Under the pieces are notes generated by a model, which saw only the letters and a list, made by a program, of their open reading frames with translations, searched no databases and was not told the DNA's origin. A program made the translations under genes and the position numbers. Shown piece by piece: positions 40,874 to 51,456 of a stretch of DNA of 64,000 nucleotides. The DNA comes from an uncultured Gammaproteobacteria bacterium (GTDB lineage: Bacteria > Patescibacteriota > Microgenomatia > UBA8517), in NCBI GenBank assembly GCA_964635715.1, contig CAZWNZ010000001.1:248122-312121 (forward strand). Direction: 5' to 3'. Every line of letters starts with the position of its first letter. Positions within the stretch are counted from its first letter, which is position 1.

Positions 40874-43780
40874 ATGAAAAAATACTGCTCAAATCTCCTT
40901 TACCCATTATTAATTATTTTTTTGGTAGGCTTCTTGGCTTTCAAAAATTATGTTCCCGGTACTTTTCTTTCCGGTTGGGACACACTCCATCCTGAGTTCA
41001 ATTTTCATCTTTATTTAAATAGAATTTTATCCGGTGTTTGGCAGGAACACCAAGGGGTAGGGGCCGTTGCCGCCCAATCCCACGCAGCAGAACTTACAAG
41101 AATAACTTTCCCTTATTTTTTATCTTTAGTTTTGCCTATTAATTTAGTTAGATACGCTTTTATATTTTTGACTTTAGCTATTGGGGGGATAGGACTTTAC
41201 TATCATGCAAAATATATACTTTCAATTTCTTTGGAAAAATCCGTAAAACCGGCGGCTTTTTTAGCCTCAATTTTCTATATTTTAAACCTCGCGACAATTC
41301 AGCAATATTATGACCCATTAGAAATGTTTACGGTTCATTTTGCTACACTTCCGTGGCTATTTTTCCTCGCAATTAAATATCTTCGCGAAGGTAAAAAGAA
41401 AAATATAATTTGGTTTTCAGTTGTTACGATTCTTTCATCATCCATTTCTCACACAGCAACACTTTTTTATGTTTATTTCGGTTTGTTTTCCTTATATGTT
41501 TTAACGGTTGCTCTTTTGACAAAAAGTAAAGGCAGATTTAAGAGAGGAGGATTTTTGGTTGGATTAACTCTAATATTAAACCTCTTTTGGTTGGGACCAA
41601 ATGTCTATTATGTTACAAAAGAGTCTCAGACAGTTAGCAATTCGCAGATTAGTAAAACCTTTTTGACAGAGGCGTTCCTGCAAAGTCGCGCTTTTGGAGA
41701 TTCCCAAAATCTGGCTCTTTTAAAGAACTTTCCATTTAACTGGCGGGAGTTTGATTTTTCAGAAAATGCTTTTGTCGATCAAATGGCTCCTTGGATCTCT
41801 CATTTGGGAAAACCTTATATAAAGGAGATTGGCTATGTTTTTATGGGTTTGTCGCTTTTGGGAATTGTTGTGGCCCTTTTTCGAAAACAAAAATATGCCC
41901 TTTCATTTTTGCCAATTTTGGCCGTTTGTGTGATTTTCTGGATTAATGAAAATCCTCCATTTACGGTAGTTTTTGCATATTTGAGGCAAAATATTCCTCT
42001 TTTTGCAGAAGCGCTGAGATTTCCATTTACTAAATTTTCAATACTACTCATCACCTGTTTATCTGTTTTTCTAGCATTTTCTTCTCATTTTGTTTTAAGA
42101 ATTTTTGCCAAAATCAAGTTGCAATTTCTAGTTGTTCCGGCAATTTTGGCTTGTTTTATCTATTACACACTACCTGCCTTTAATGGATATTTTATTGATC
42201 CGGCCATGAAGGTTGATATTCCAAATGAATATTTCCAGGTTTTTTCTTGGTTTGAGAAGCAGGATTCTAATGCTCGTGTGGCAAAGTTTCCCATTCAGTC
42301 TTTTTGGAACTGGGTTTATTATTCGTGGGGTTATCAAGGTGCGGGCTTCACTTGGTTTGGAATTCCCCAAGCAACAATGGATCGTGAGTTTGACCGCTGG
42401 GGTCTTTACAATGAGGACTTTTATTATCAGGCTTCAAACGCTCTTTATTCGGGTAATAGCCAGGCACTCTATAACGTTTTTGACAAATATCAAATTAAAT
42501 ATTTTCTTCTTGATGAGTCTGTGATTAATGCGGGAGGGAATTCCAAAATCCTCTACACAGAAGAGCTGAAAAAAATGATCGCTGAATATCCCGATTCCAT
42601 TCATGAAGTAGCAAAATTTAACTTTTTAACGGTTTATGAAACTAAATTTGGTGATTATGACAAATATGTTTGGGCTCCAAGTGAATACAAAGAAATTAAT
42701 ACGGACATGACATATGCAAAAGTAGATCCCTTGTATGCAACTTATGGGGATTATATAGAGGATGGAAATATTAGTTTTCCATTTGTAAATATGGATAAAA
42801 GGGGAGATATAAAGATTTTTGTTGTTGAATCTAACCCTGCAACAAGCTCAGCTAAGCTAACAATTGAAAATATAGAAACAAATGATAAAGTAGATCTAAA
42901 TATATCAAATACTATTAAAACGAGCCTGGAGAGTGGCAACGGTTTTGAAACGGCACATAACTGCGATATTAAAGGAATCGGAAGTGTCTATAGGGACTAT
43001 GTAACAGATGGGGTATTGTATAGGGCGGAGGATGGCGGAGTTTCCTGTGATTATGCAAATTATCCGGATTTGAAGTATTCCCAGGCATATATCCTTCATA
43101 TAGTTGGAGAAAATAAAGAAGGTCGGAGTTTAAAAATTTATCTAATTAATTACCAGACTGAAAGAGCAGATCTAGAAGAACTGCTGCCGGAAGGTAAGTT
43201 TGATGAAACATATTTTATTTATCCGTCTGTTTTGGATGGGTCGGGATACACTCTTGATTTTGAGACGCGTTCCTATGGGAAAATTGCTTCGGAGAATCTC
43301 ATTTCTACAGTTGAATTTTATCCTGTTGATTATGCTTACCTGGCGAACTATAAAACCAGTGGCTCAAAGATAATACTTGAGGAAAGTGTTTCTAATGAGA
43401 TTGGTCGGATTCAAAATAACCTCCAAATTAAATCGGTTAAAAAATACGTGACGTGGGGGTACTCGGTTGAGACCGAAGGAGCAGGTCTCATGGCCCTAGG
43501 GCAAGGCTACGAGCGCGGTTGGATCGCAGTCGGAGTTCAAGGTTCTAAATTCAAGGTTCTGGATCACAAAATGGTCAACAGTTGGGCAAACGGATGGATA
43601 GTAGACAATAATCAAAGTTGGTCAAAGTTAGTCGGAGTTGGTACTAACGGCAAAGCCGACCAATTACAACCAGTTTCAACTATTTACTTGTTTTTCTGGC
43701 CCCAGGCCCTGGAGTGGGGAGGAATGGCGGCAGGGGTGATTACACTAATATTTATTTTGGTTAAAAATAGTCGAAGTTAG
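40874..43780 (+). CDS. large GT-C-like (YfhO/AftD-like) membrane protein
   Basis: GWDTLHPE, LRFPFTKF, many TM helices, VNSWANGW and C-terminal TM. Confidence 0.8.
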   Translation: MKKYCSNLLYPLLIIFLVGFLAFKNYVPGTFLSGWDTLHPEFNFHLYLNRILSGVWQEHQGVGAVAAQSHAAELTRITFPYFLSLVLPINLVRYAFIFLTLAIGGIGLYYHAKYILSISLEKSVKPAAFLASIFYILNLATIQQYYDPLEMFTVHFATLPWLFFLAIKYLREGKKKNIIWFSVVTILSSSISHTATLFYVYFGLFSLYVLTVALLTKSKGRFKRGGFLVGLTLILNLFWLGPNVYYVTKESQTVSNSQISKTFLTEAFLQSRAFGDSQNLALLKNFPFNWREFDFSENAFVDQMAPWISHLGKPYIKEIGYVFMGLSLLGIVVALFRKQKYALSFLPILAVCVIFWINENPPFTVVFAYLRQNIPLFAEALRFPFTKFSILLITCLSVFLAFSSHFVLRIFAKIKLQFLVVPAILACFIYYTLPAFNGYFIDPAMKVDIPNEYFQVFSWFEKQDSNARVAKFPIQSFWNWVYYSWGYQGAGFTWFGIPQATMDREFDRWGLYNEDFYYQASNALYSGNSQALYNVFDKYQIKYFLLDESVINAGGNSKILYTEELKKMIAEYPDSIHEVAKFNFLTVYETKFGDYDKYVWAPSEYKEINTDMTYAKVDPLYATYGDYIEDGNISFPFVNMDKRGDIKIFVVESNPATSSAKLTIENIETNDKVDLNISNTIKTSLESGNGFETAHNCDIKGIGSVYRDYVTDGVLYRAEDGGVSCDYANYPDLKYSQAYILHIVGENKEGRSLKIYLINYQTERADLEELLPEGKFDETYFIYPSVLDGSGYTLDFETRSYGKIASENLISTVEFYPVDYAYLANYKTSGSKIILEESVSNEIGRIQNNLQIKSVKKYVTWGYSVETEGAGLMALGQGYERGWIAVGVQGSKFKVLDHKMVNSWANGWIVDNNQSWSKLVGVGTNGKADQLQPVSTIYLFFWPQALEWGGMAAGVITLIFILVKNSRS

Positions 43781-43803
43781 TCAAAGTTGGTTGGAACTGG
43801 ATT

Positions 43804-44142
43804 ATGGAAAAACTTAGAATCTATCAAACAGCTTTGGATTTAGTTTTGGAAATCTATAAGCTCATACAGCAAGATTCAAAACTTGCTAGAGATTGGTCGC
43901 TTTGCGATCAAATAAAGAGAGCATCTATTTCTGTGGTTGCCAATATCGCTGAAGGATATCTAAGATCCAAAAAACAATTCAAAAATTACTTACAAATAGC
44001 CTCAGGTTCAGCTAATGAAGTTGTAGCTCACTTGCAAGTGATAACAAAAGTTTATGGAAATAATACCGATAAATTACAAGAATCATACAAAGTTCTTGCA
44101 CGTCAAATAGGTGCATTCTCCAAGACTCTCGGCCAGAGCTAG
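43804..44142 (+). CDS. four-helix-bundle protein (23S rRNA-IVS protein / Avd-like)
   Basis: EKLRIYQ...LCDQIKRASISVVANIAEG...FKNYLQIASGSANEV...L. Confidence 0.95.
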   Translation: MEKLRIYQTALDLVLEIYKLIQQDSKLARDWSLCDQIKRASISVVANIAEGYLRSKKQFKNYLQIASGSANEVVAHLQVITKVYGNNTDKLQESYKVLARQIGAFSKTLGQS

Positions 44143-44220
44143 TCAGGAGTTAGTCAGAGTTGGTTTGCAGACTAACCGCAATAGCGGACCAACTTGACTA
44201 ATTATAACTAACTATTGACC
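44137..44220 (+). repeat. 10-nt periodic hairpin directly after the four-helix-bundle gene
   Basis: AGTTAGTCAGAGTTGG...ACTAACCGCAATAGCGGACCAACTTGACTAATT. Confidence 0.85.
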
Positions 44221-44389
44221 CAATACCCCATAATTCTTGACTTTTAGCCTCAAAAATGATAGTATGTCAACCTTAGGTGAATATTTGCTCTTTAAAATTT
44301 TTCCTCAGAAACACACCCTAAATTCATTTTAGAGGTGTTCGAACAATCTAAAAGAATTCAATTTTTGAAACACTGCATGGAGGTGCAGA

Positions 44390-45115
44390 ATGACAACCTC
44401 AAAAATAATTCCGTTCTACGAAGTTCCAATTGAGCTACTTGTTGCAAAGCAAGAACAATTGGCAAATAATGGCCATCGCCCGTTTTATTCGCCGGATGGC
44501 CAAGTTGCAGGGTTTATTAGCCCGTTTTCCGCGACCCGGCATGTTGCCCAGGTGCAAGTCGATGATGACGGTAAAATCGTCGCTTTTGACTTTGATCAAA
44601 TGGAACGTACTGATGGTCGAATGAATGTTCATGATCCTTGGGGTCATGCAACACCCAACGCAATGGTAGTTGTTTTGGAACGAACCAATGATGGTACGCT
44701 TCTTGTTCACTCGGTAAAGGAAGTCCGTCCATTCATGTATGATCACCGATCGGGTGTCAAAGGCATGACTATCATTGGTGTAACTGGTAAATGGGCAAAA
44801 TCACTGGGTGCAAATCCGGCTGAAACAGCTCTCCAAGGACTGATGGCAGATTCCGGCATTGAAGTCGACGAAGGTTCTGTCGAACTTCTCGGGATTCATA
44901 ATCCCAATCGTGCCTGGGTTGAGACCTGCAACGAAGTCTTCGTGGCGATTTTTAAGCGCAAGATTGTGCCTGTAGCAGATGGTACTCACGATCAGGTCTT
45001 GCCTGATGGTGTTTATCCCCTCGCGGATTTTCCGCTTGGACCAGATGCTTTGGTCAACTCTGTTCTTTGGCTTACCGCCAAGCATTTTGGCTGCATTTCA
45101 TCCAAACCCTTGTAA
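44390..45115 (+). CDS. degenerate NUDIX-fold-like protein
   Basis: G...NPAETALQGLMADSGI resembles a NUDIX box lacking its glutamates; GGAGGT SD. Confidence 0.5.
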   Translation: MTTSKIIPFYEVPIELLVAKQEQLANNGHRPFYSPDGQVAGFISPFSATRHVAQVQVDDDGKIVAFDFDQMERTDGRMNVHDPWGHATPNAMVVVLERTNDGTLLVHSVKEVRPFMYDHRSGVKGMTIIGVTGKWAKSLGANPAETALQGLMADSGIEVDEGSVELLGIHNPNRAWVETCNEVFVAIFKRKIVPVADGTHDQVLPDGVYPLADFPLGPDALVNSVLWLTAKHFGCISSKPL

Positions 45116-45299
45116 TTTTGTTCGAACACTTCTGGCGCCAGTACTCCGGAAATAAATTGCAGCTTGCTGCTTTTGAAATAAAGAGACATTGGTTGTCATG
45201 AAGGTTTGCTAGTGCGGTAGAGACATTAATCTAAAAATTAATAACAACTCTACCGCACAGCAATAAAAATAAAGTTTGTGATAAACTCTTCTTAAATCA

Positions 45300-45875
45300 A
45301 TGGACAAACTGGACAGCATCCATCAAGCACATGGTGAGTGGCCACAGGCAGTCAGTCTATCTGAAACTGGAATTTCTTCAAACGATTTATTTAATTCCGA
45401 CCTGACTCAAATTGCTCTTAATTTGGCCGAAAAGAATCCACGTAAGCGTGCCATTGTTCGTATTCATGAAAAACTTAGTGATGAAAATCATTTGATGATT
45501 AATGCAATTTTAGGTGAATCTTATGTTCAACCTCATAAACATGATGAATTAGAAAAAACTGAAATATTTCGGATTATTAAAGGAAAAGCCCTAGTTGTGT
45601 TTTTTGATGAGGAGGGAAGAGTTGAAGATAAAATTGAGATGGATAGTGATCCTGATGGAAGAAAAATTGTGACAGTACGGCCGGGGAAGTGGCACACAGT
45701 GATACCGATGAGTGATGAGACTGTTCTTTTGGAGGCCAAAAAACAGCCTGCCGGCGGCTATAATCCCGAAACAGATAAGGAAATGGCTCCTTGGGCACCA
45801 GATCAGAAAGATATCGAATTCGGACTTAAATACATAATGAAATTAAAGGGAGAGCTTGACATATCAAGAGAGTAG
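45300..45875 (+). CDS. WbuC family cupin metalloprotein
   Basis: PRKR...H, SYVQPHKH...E, WHTVI, EAK and FAPWAP-like motifs. Confidence 0.88.
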   Translation: MDKLDSIHQAHGEWPQAVSLSETGISSNDLFNSDLTQIALNLAEKNPRKRAIVRIHEKLSDENHLMINAILGESYVQPHKHDELEKTEIFRIIKGKALVVFFDEEGRVEDKIEMDSDPDGRKIVTVRPGKWHTVIPMSDETVLLEAKKQPAGGYNPETDKEMAPWAPDQKDIEFGLKYIMKLKGELDISRE

Positions 45876-45972
45876 GCTATACTAATACTTGTTATCTTCG
45901 AGTTCTGTCCGGATTTCGCAATTTTTATGTTTTTGCATAATTCATGATTCATAATTCCTAATTCTATTTTGT

Positions 45973-47349
45973 ATGCCAAGAAAAACTGTTAGTAAAATTC
46001 AAAGAGAAGAAAAAGCTGATATACAGTCTTTAGTTGGAACCCCGAGCACGACCGAGGGGATTTCAGCTGTGGCAGAAAATGTTGCAGACGCTGATAGTGG
46101 GGTAGCAATGGCTCCTGTTACAGAAAAACCTCTAGTCGAAAAGCCGCTCATAGTTGATGACAGAATGATTCCTGATGCAGGTCTTCCGACAGAGAGCGTC
46201 ACCGGAGTACTCGACATTGCCAATGAGGGAAGCGGACTTCTAAGACCTGTAAGTTTTGCCCCAAGTGATCGTGATATCTATATTTCAGCATCCCAAATCA
46301 GGAGATTTAGCCTTAGGGTTGGTGACACAATTACCGGACAAGCAAGACGTCCGAAGGAGAATGAAAGATATTGGGGACTTCTGAAAGTTGAAAAGGTGAA
46401 TGATGAGCTGGTTGAAAAAGTCGGTCAAAGGCCGGATTTTGACAGTATGACAGCCGTATACCCTGATGCACAAATTGTACTTTCGACCGATAAAGATACA
46501 TTAACTACCAGAATGATAGATTTAGTCGCTCCAATCGGTTTTGGACAGCGCGCATTAATCGTTTCTCCTCCCAAAGCGGGTAAAACTTGGCTTGTAAAAG
46601 ACATTATCAAAGGCATTGCTGGTAATTATCCTGAGGAAGGGAAACTAAAAGAAGTTAATGGAAAAGAAAGACCGGTTCACATAATGGCAGTCCTTATTGG
46701 TGAGCGCCCTGAGGAAGTAACTGATATTGTAAGGACAATGAAAGAAGTAACGGGAGGTTGCGGAGAAGTTGCCGCAAGCAATTTTGATGAAGCACCATCC
46801 GATCAGACAAGGGTAGGAGAATTGGCTCTTGAGAAAGCCCGACGCATGGTTGAAATGGGACATCATGTTGTAATAGTCCTGGACTCCATTACCAGAATGG
46901 CCAGGGCTTACAATTTAGCCCTTCCAACAAGCGGTCGCACTCTTTCGGGAGGTTTTGACCCGATGGCTCTTTTTCCGGCCAAGAAATTCTTTGGCGCTGC
47001 CAGGAACATTGAAAACGGGGGAAGTTTGACCATTATCGGAACATGCCTTGTTGATACGGGCTCCAGAATGGATGATCTTATTTATGAGGAGTTTAAAGGA
47101 ACTGGTAATATGGAGCTTCATCTCGATAGGAAATTGGCTGAAAGAAGGATATTCCCGGCAATAGATATTGCACGTTCTGGTACAAGACAGGATGAGCTTC
47201 TTTTCGGAATGGAGAAGTTAAGAAAAGTTAATACTTTGCGCCGTATGATTGACTTGATGAACGATGATGAAAAAACTCTTACTCTTACCGACAAGCTTTT
47301 GAAGTATGAAACCAACGACGAGTTTTTAGACTCCCTAAAAACTGCTTAA
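45973..47349 (+). CDS. rho: transcription termination factor Rho
   Basis: DIYISASQIRRF, PPKAGKT, LDSITR, EEFKGTGNME and SGTR motifs. Confidence 0.98.
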   Translation: MPRKTVSKIQREEKADIQSLVGTPSTTEGISAVAENVADADSGVAMAPVTEKPLVEKPLIVDDRMIPDAGLPTESVTGVLDIANEGSGLLRPVSFAPSDRDIYISASQIRRFSLRVGDTITGQARRPKENERYWGLLKVEKVNDELVEKVGQRPDFDSMTAVYPDAQIVLSTDKDTLTTRMIDLVAPIGFGQRALIVSPPKAGKTWLVKDIIKGIAGNYPEEGKLKEVNGKERPVHIMAVLIGERPEEVTDIVRTMKEVTGGCGEVAASNFDEAPSDQTRVGELALEKARRMVEMGHHVVIVLDSITRMARAYNLALPTSGRTLSGGFDPMALFPAKKFFGAARNIENGGSLTIIGTCLVDTGSRMDDLIYEEFKGTGNMELHLDRKLAERRIFPAIDIARSGTRQDELLFGMEKLRKVNTLRRMIDLMNDDEKTLTLTDKLLKYETNDEFLDSLKTA

Positions 47350-47400
47350 TTTCTTCAGAATGTGATTGACAAGTTAATTCAGGTGATCCATATTTAATTT

Positions 47401-48150
47401 ATGGATCCTACATTTACTCAAAAAATCCAAACTCCCGTATCTCAAGAGAGTTGTTGTTGTTCAAATTTTACCTTTAAGAAAGTTTTGGCAATTCTTGGAT
47501 TTGTTTTTGTGGTTTTAGTTTTATGGCAGTGGATCAGTTCTCCTATGGTGGTAACAGTTACAGGGACAGGGGAGGTTTCAGTTCCTGCGACGAGTGCCAC
47601 TGTGACCACCACAATTTCAGTAAATTCCGATTCAGCCCAAAATGCGATTAACGCAATTAAAGACAAGTCGAATTCTATTAAAACCGTACTTATGAACAAT
47701 GGAGTTGCCGAATCGGACATTTCAGAATCCCAAATTACTTCCTATCCTGCAGGATTAGTTACAACAGGTGCAACAGGTTATCAGGCAGCAATACAAGTGG
47801 ACGCAAAAACAGATCATGTCTCAACTATTGATGGTCTAATTGCCAATCTATACTCGGCTGGAGCCACATTAGTTTCCCAACCGGTTTTAAGTGTTGAGAA
47901 CCAAGGCGAACTGGAACAACAGGCATCGGATGCTGCAATCAAAGATGCAAAGACTCAAATTTCAAAAATTTCCTGGAAAAATTTAAGATTTATTAGGAGA
48001 AAGGTGGCTCTTTATGAAGATGAAGGTGAAACAACATCGACGACCACTTCAAAGGCTGACGTTGTGACAGGCTCTCAAAATCAACTGGCTGTTCAGAATG
48101 GGGTATTTAAGATAACTAAAACTGTATCCGTCTCCTACAAACTGTGGTAG
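47401..48150 (+). CDS. SIMPL (DUF541) domain protein
   Basis: TM helix, VTVTGTGEVSVP, AIKDAK, C-terminal VSVSY. Confidence 0.8.
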   Translation: MDPTFTQKIQTPVSQESCCCSNFTFKKVLAILGFVFVVLVLWQWISSPMVVTVTGTGEVSVPATSATVTTTISVNSDSAQNAINAIKDKSNSIKTVLMNNGVAESDISESQITSYPAGLVTTGATGYQAAIQVDAKTDHVSTIDGLIANLYSAGATLVSQPVLSVENQGELEQQASDAAIKDAKTQISKISWKNLRFIRRKVALYEDEGETTSTTTSKADVVTGSQNQLAVQNGVFKITKTVSVSYKLW

Positions 48151-48204
48151 ACAATTGTAGTGGCGGTAATTGTTTCCATTTTTGCATTTTCCCCTTGACG
48201 ATTA

Positions 48205-50151
48205 TTATTTACGTATTGTAGTTGGCGTGTAGTTATAAAAAGCTGGGAATTCATTATAAGTTGTTGGAATAGAATAGACATTAAATAGGGACTGATTTTG
48301 GTTTATTTCCTGAATCATAGTTTGTTGAATTTGTGGAAGTTGTTCAAATTGGGTTAGTTTATAAGAAACTAGTGACTCTCCTGATTGTAAGGTTGCTGTA
48401 ACCCTATTTGCGCCATCAACAGTATATATCTTTCCTCCATATTGAGTTATTCTGATTGGATCCAAAGTTCCACCCTCTTGTAATATTTGCTTTAATTGTG
48501 GAACTGTTTGCATATTGTAACCTGGTTCATGAGGGCTTAATAAGTTGATATCGATTTGTCCAGTTGAATTTAGTGAAAAAGTTGTTTTCTTTGTTGCAGT
48601 ACCTATTAAATTGCTTGTAGAATTTGTTAGCTGGATCATTGCCATAGGATCTCCTTGAATAGCTGCAACATATGCAACACAGGCATCAGAATATGGATTA
48701 TTAATACATGAGGCTGTTCCGACACCGACCCCTGCATATCCAACTACAGCACCTGTTATGGCAGCAGCAGTTTGTACACTTGCAGGAAGCGTGGTAAGGT
48801 ATGCCGTTCCGTACGAGTACGCCAACAGACCCAACTCTCCTAACGCTGGGCCTGCCAAAGCGGTAAGTATTGCAGTATCTCCAATAGCAACCGCCGTATT
48901 TAGATTTGTTTGGGTTGTGTCTATTGTGACAATCGGGTTGGCCTTGCAGGTTTTGCTTGTGTCAAAAATACTTCCACCTAAAGTTTGGCTTCCTGAGTAA
49001 CAATTACCTGATTCACATTCATTGTCGCTGCCGCAAGTTAACCCATTTGCCTTGAGTTTTATTGATCCACAGCTACAAAATCCGGACAAGCACGTTCCCG
49101 TATTTCCCGGTACCTGACTTGCGCAATTGGAGGCACATGTGATTGTTTCACATACATTTTGAGTTGTTGTACATGGGTAACCAGACGAGTGTCCGCATGC
49201 CCCAACATAAATATTATTAACACAAAGACACCCTGCATTTACTATTGGCACAGAAGTTGGTACAGGAGTAGGTGTCGGGCTGGGTGTCATGATTTTGCAA
49301 TCACTATCACTGGCACAATATGATGTAGGGCAAGTTTGAGAATATGGAACTGTTGTAGAAGTTGCTACACATGATACTCCGGAACAATTTCTCACAGTAC
49401 AATTCCTACTCGACGGTGTGGGAGTGGGGGGTGTCGGCCTGCGACAATAACAGTAAGAAAATGATCCGGACGCTGTACAATCTTTCTTTTCAAGCCCCTC
49501 ACAACAGTCTCCCATACCACTTGCAATAACGGAACCTTCTCCTATGCATGTTGTACTATCATCATCGTTACCGCCAGTTATGGGTGGATCTGTTGGTTGG
49601 GGATCGGAATTGCAGTCGGAATTATCTTCACAGTCATTTAAGTATGGATCACAATGACTGCTTTTTTTAACACAACTTCCTGACGAACATGTGTTACAAG
49701 GCAGAATGTCGTTGTCGCTATCATCATCTTCACTGTCGTCATCTGATGAATCGTCATTGGGTGGATCTGCTCCGCAATCTTGGTTGTCTGCGCACTGAGA
49801 CGATGGACAAGAACTGCCCCTTGCAACATATACGGTAGTAGCTATGCAGGAAACTCCACTACATTTTTTAATTGAGCAAGGTGTGGTGGAAGGGGACGCA
49901 CTGGGACTTGGAATTTCAACACACACTTTACAACCTCCGGATGTGGCACATCTGTATCCGGTGCCACAATCAGAATTAACCTCACATTCATTATCCAGAC
50001 AAATTGCTTTCTCTGCAAAATTTAGGCTGATATTTCTGTTGTTGGCAACGACCGTACCAACAATAGCAGTAATCAAAAGAAATCCAATGCCAATCAAACT
50101 CAAAGGATCAATAAATCCTCTTGAATATTTTGATTCATTTTTATCAGGCAT
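48205..50151 (-). CDS. membrane-anchored Cys-rich repeat protein with C-terminal ParB/Srx-like domain
   Basis: RGFIDPLSL plus TM helix; C-x4-DC repeats; PT linkers; IDINLLSPHE...DPIRI...VDGANRV. Confidence 0.75.
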   Translation of the reverse strand: MPDKNESKYSRGFIDPLSLIGIGFLLITAIVGTVVANNRNISLNFAEKAICLDNECEVNSDCGTGYRCATSGGCKVCVEIPSPSASPSTTPCSIKKCSGVSCIATTVYVARGSSCPSSQCADNQDCGADPPNDDSSDDDSEDDDSDNDILPCNTCSSGSCVKKSSHCDPYLNDCEDNSDCNSDPQPTDPPITGGNDDDSTTCIGEGSVIASGMGDCCEGLEKKDCTASGSFSYCYCRRPTPPTPTPSSRNCTVRNCSGVSCVATSTTVPYSQTCPTSYCASDSDCKIMTPSPTPTPVPTSVPIVNAGCLCVNNIYVGACGHSSGYPCTTTQNVCETITCASNCASQVPGNTGTCLSGFCSCGSIKLKANGLTCGSDNECESGNCYSGSQTLGGSIFDTSKTCKANPIVTIDTTQTNLNTAVAIGDTAILTALAGPALGELGLLAYSYGTAYLTTLPASVQTAAAITGAVVGYAGVGVGTASCINNPYSDACVAYVAAIQGDPMAMIQLTNSTSNLIGTATKKTTFSLNSTGQIDINLLSPHEPGYNMQTVPQLKQILQEGGTLDPIRITQYGGKIYTVDGANRVTATLQSGESLVSYKLTQFEQLPQIQQTMIQEINQNQSLFNVYSIPTTYNEFPAFYNYTPTTIRK

Positions 50152-50295
50152 AATTTATTATGTCTTATTGATTGGAATATTCAAGAAGATTCAAATGGGT
50201 ACATTTTTTGAACCCCGCTTAAGTTTGCTTCACTCATTTTCATAATGTATTATCAAGACTCTGTACAAAGTACTTTGTCTTAGGTGCTGAAATCT

Positions 50296-51387
50296 ATGGA
50301 AAAAAATTTTGAAATTATTCTCGAGATCTGGGAAGAATTAAAAACCTTCTTTTTTGAGTTAATAAATTTTATTTTTAAAAGTTTGCACATTAGTTTCCTG
50401 AAGATCGAAGAAAGAAAGGGCATTGTTGTTACAGCCCTGTATAAGAAAAGAGGTAAACTGTCCAGAACCTTGAGTCATTCGGGGATGGCGGCGATCGCTG
50501 CACTGGGAGTCATGTTGGCACCTCTTATTGCGCAAGAATTTCCCGGAAAATCAGTTGATCCATGGGAAATATCCGCTGCTCCATCAGTACTTTCTGCCTC
50601 AACAGACGATCCGACAGTTGATACACAAATATCTAGTAAGGTAAGGGATAGTATTATTGATTATGTTGTTCAGGAGGGTGATACAGTTGCGTCAATTGCT
50701 GAAAAATTTGGTGTTTCGGAAGATACTATCCGTTGGAAAAATGATTTAACAAAAGACAGAATAAAAATCGGAGAGACTCTTAAAATTTTACCGACGACGG
50801 GTGTTGTTCATACGGTTGTAAAAGGGGATACTGTTTACTCCATAGCTAAAAAGTACGATGCGGTGGCACAGGCGATAGTTGATTTTCCTTTCAATACTTT
50901 TACTAACGATGAGACATTTGAATTAGCAATTGGGCAAACAGTAATTGTACCTGATGGCGTTATGCCTTCTGTCCAGACAACCACCAGAACCAGGCAGATA
51001 ACTCCAAACGCCGGTACCGTAACTGCTTCGGGACAATTTGTTTGGCCAACCAATGGATCCATCACTCAGAGATTCTCTTGGTATCATCCCGGACTTGATA
51101 TTGCCAATCCAAGTGGTCCGACAGTTGTTGCGGCAGACTCCGGTAGAGTTGTGTTTGCGGGTTGGGATTCGACAGGCTATGGATATATGGTTCTTATCGA
51201 TCACGGTAACGGATATAAGACTCGTTACGGACATCTTTCCCAGGTAATGGTTATATCGGGTCAAACTATCGGTAGAGGACAGGCCGTCGGCAGAATGGGA
51301 AATACGGGACATTCGACCGGTACTCACCTTCACTTTGAAATTTACTTTAATGGAGTAAGATATAACCCCCTGAATTACCTCAAATAG
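50296..51387 (+). CDS. LysM-LysM-M23 peptidase
   Basis: two LysM domains, HPGLD, YGHL, GHSTGTHLHFE. Confidence 0.95.
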   Translation: MEKNFEIILEIWEELKTFFFELINFIFKSLHISFLKIEERKGIVVTALYKKRGKLSRTLSHSGMAAIAALGVMLAPLIAQEFPGKSVDPWEISAAPSVLSASTDDPTVDTQISSKVRDSIIDYVVQEGDTVASIAEKFGVSEDTIRWKNDLTKDRIKIGETLKILPTTGVVHTVVKGDTVYSIAKKYDAVAQAIVDFPFNTFTNDETFELAIGQTVIVPDGVMPSVQTTTRTRQITPNAGTVTASGQFVWPTNGSITQRFSWYHPGLDIANPSGPTVVAADSGRVVFAGWDSTGYGYMVLIDHGNGYKTRYGHLSQVMVISGQTIGRGQAVGRMGNTGHSTGTHLHFEIYFNGVRYNPLNYLK

Positions 51388-51456
51388 AGTAATATTATTA
51401 GCTTTTGGTGCCTAGATTCTAATTCCTAATTTCTAGCTACTAGCTACTTGTTGTCC

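Noticed and set aside
43804-44142. Diversity-generating retroelement suggested by the Avd-like protein
   Set aside because: No reverse transcriptase and no TR/VR pair with adenine-specific differences seen in the window
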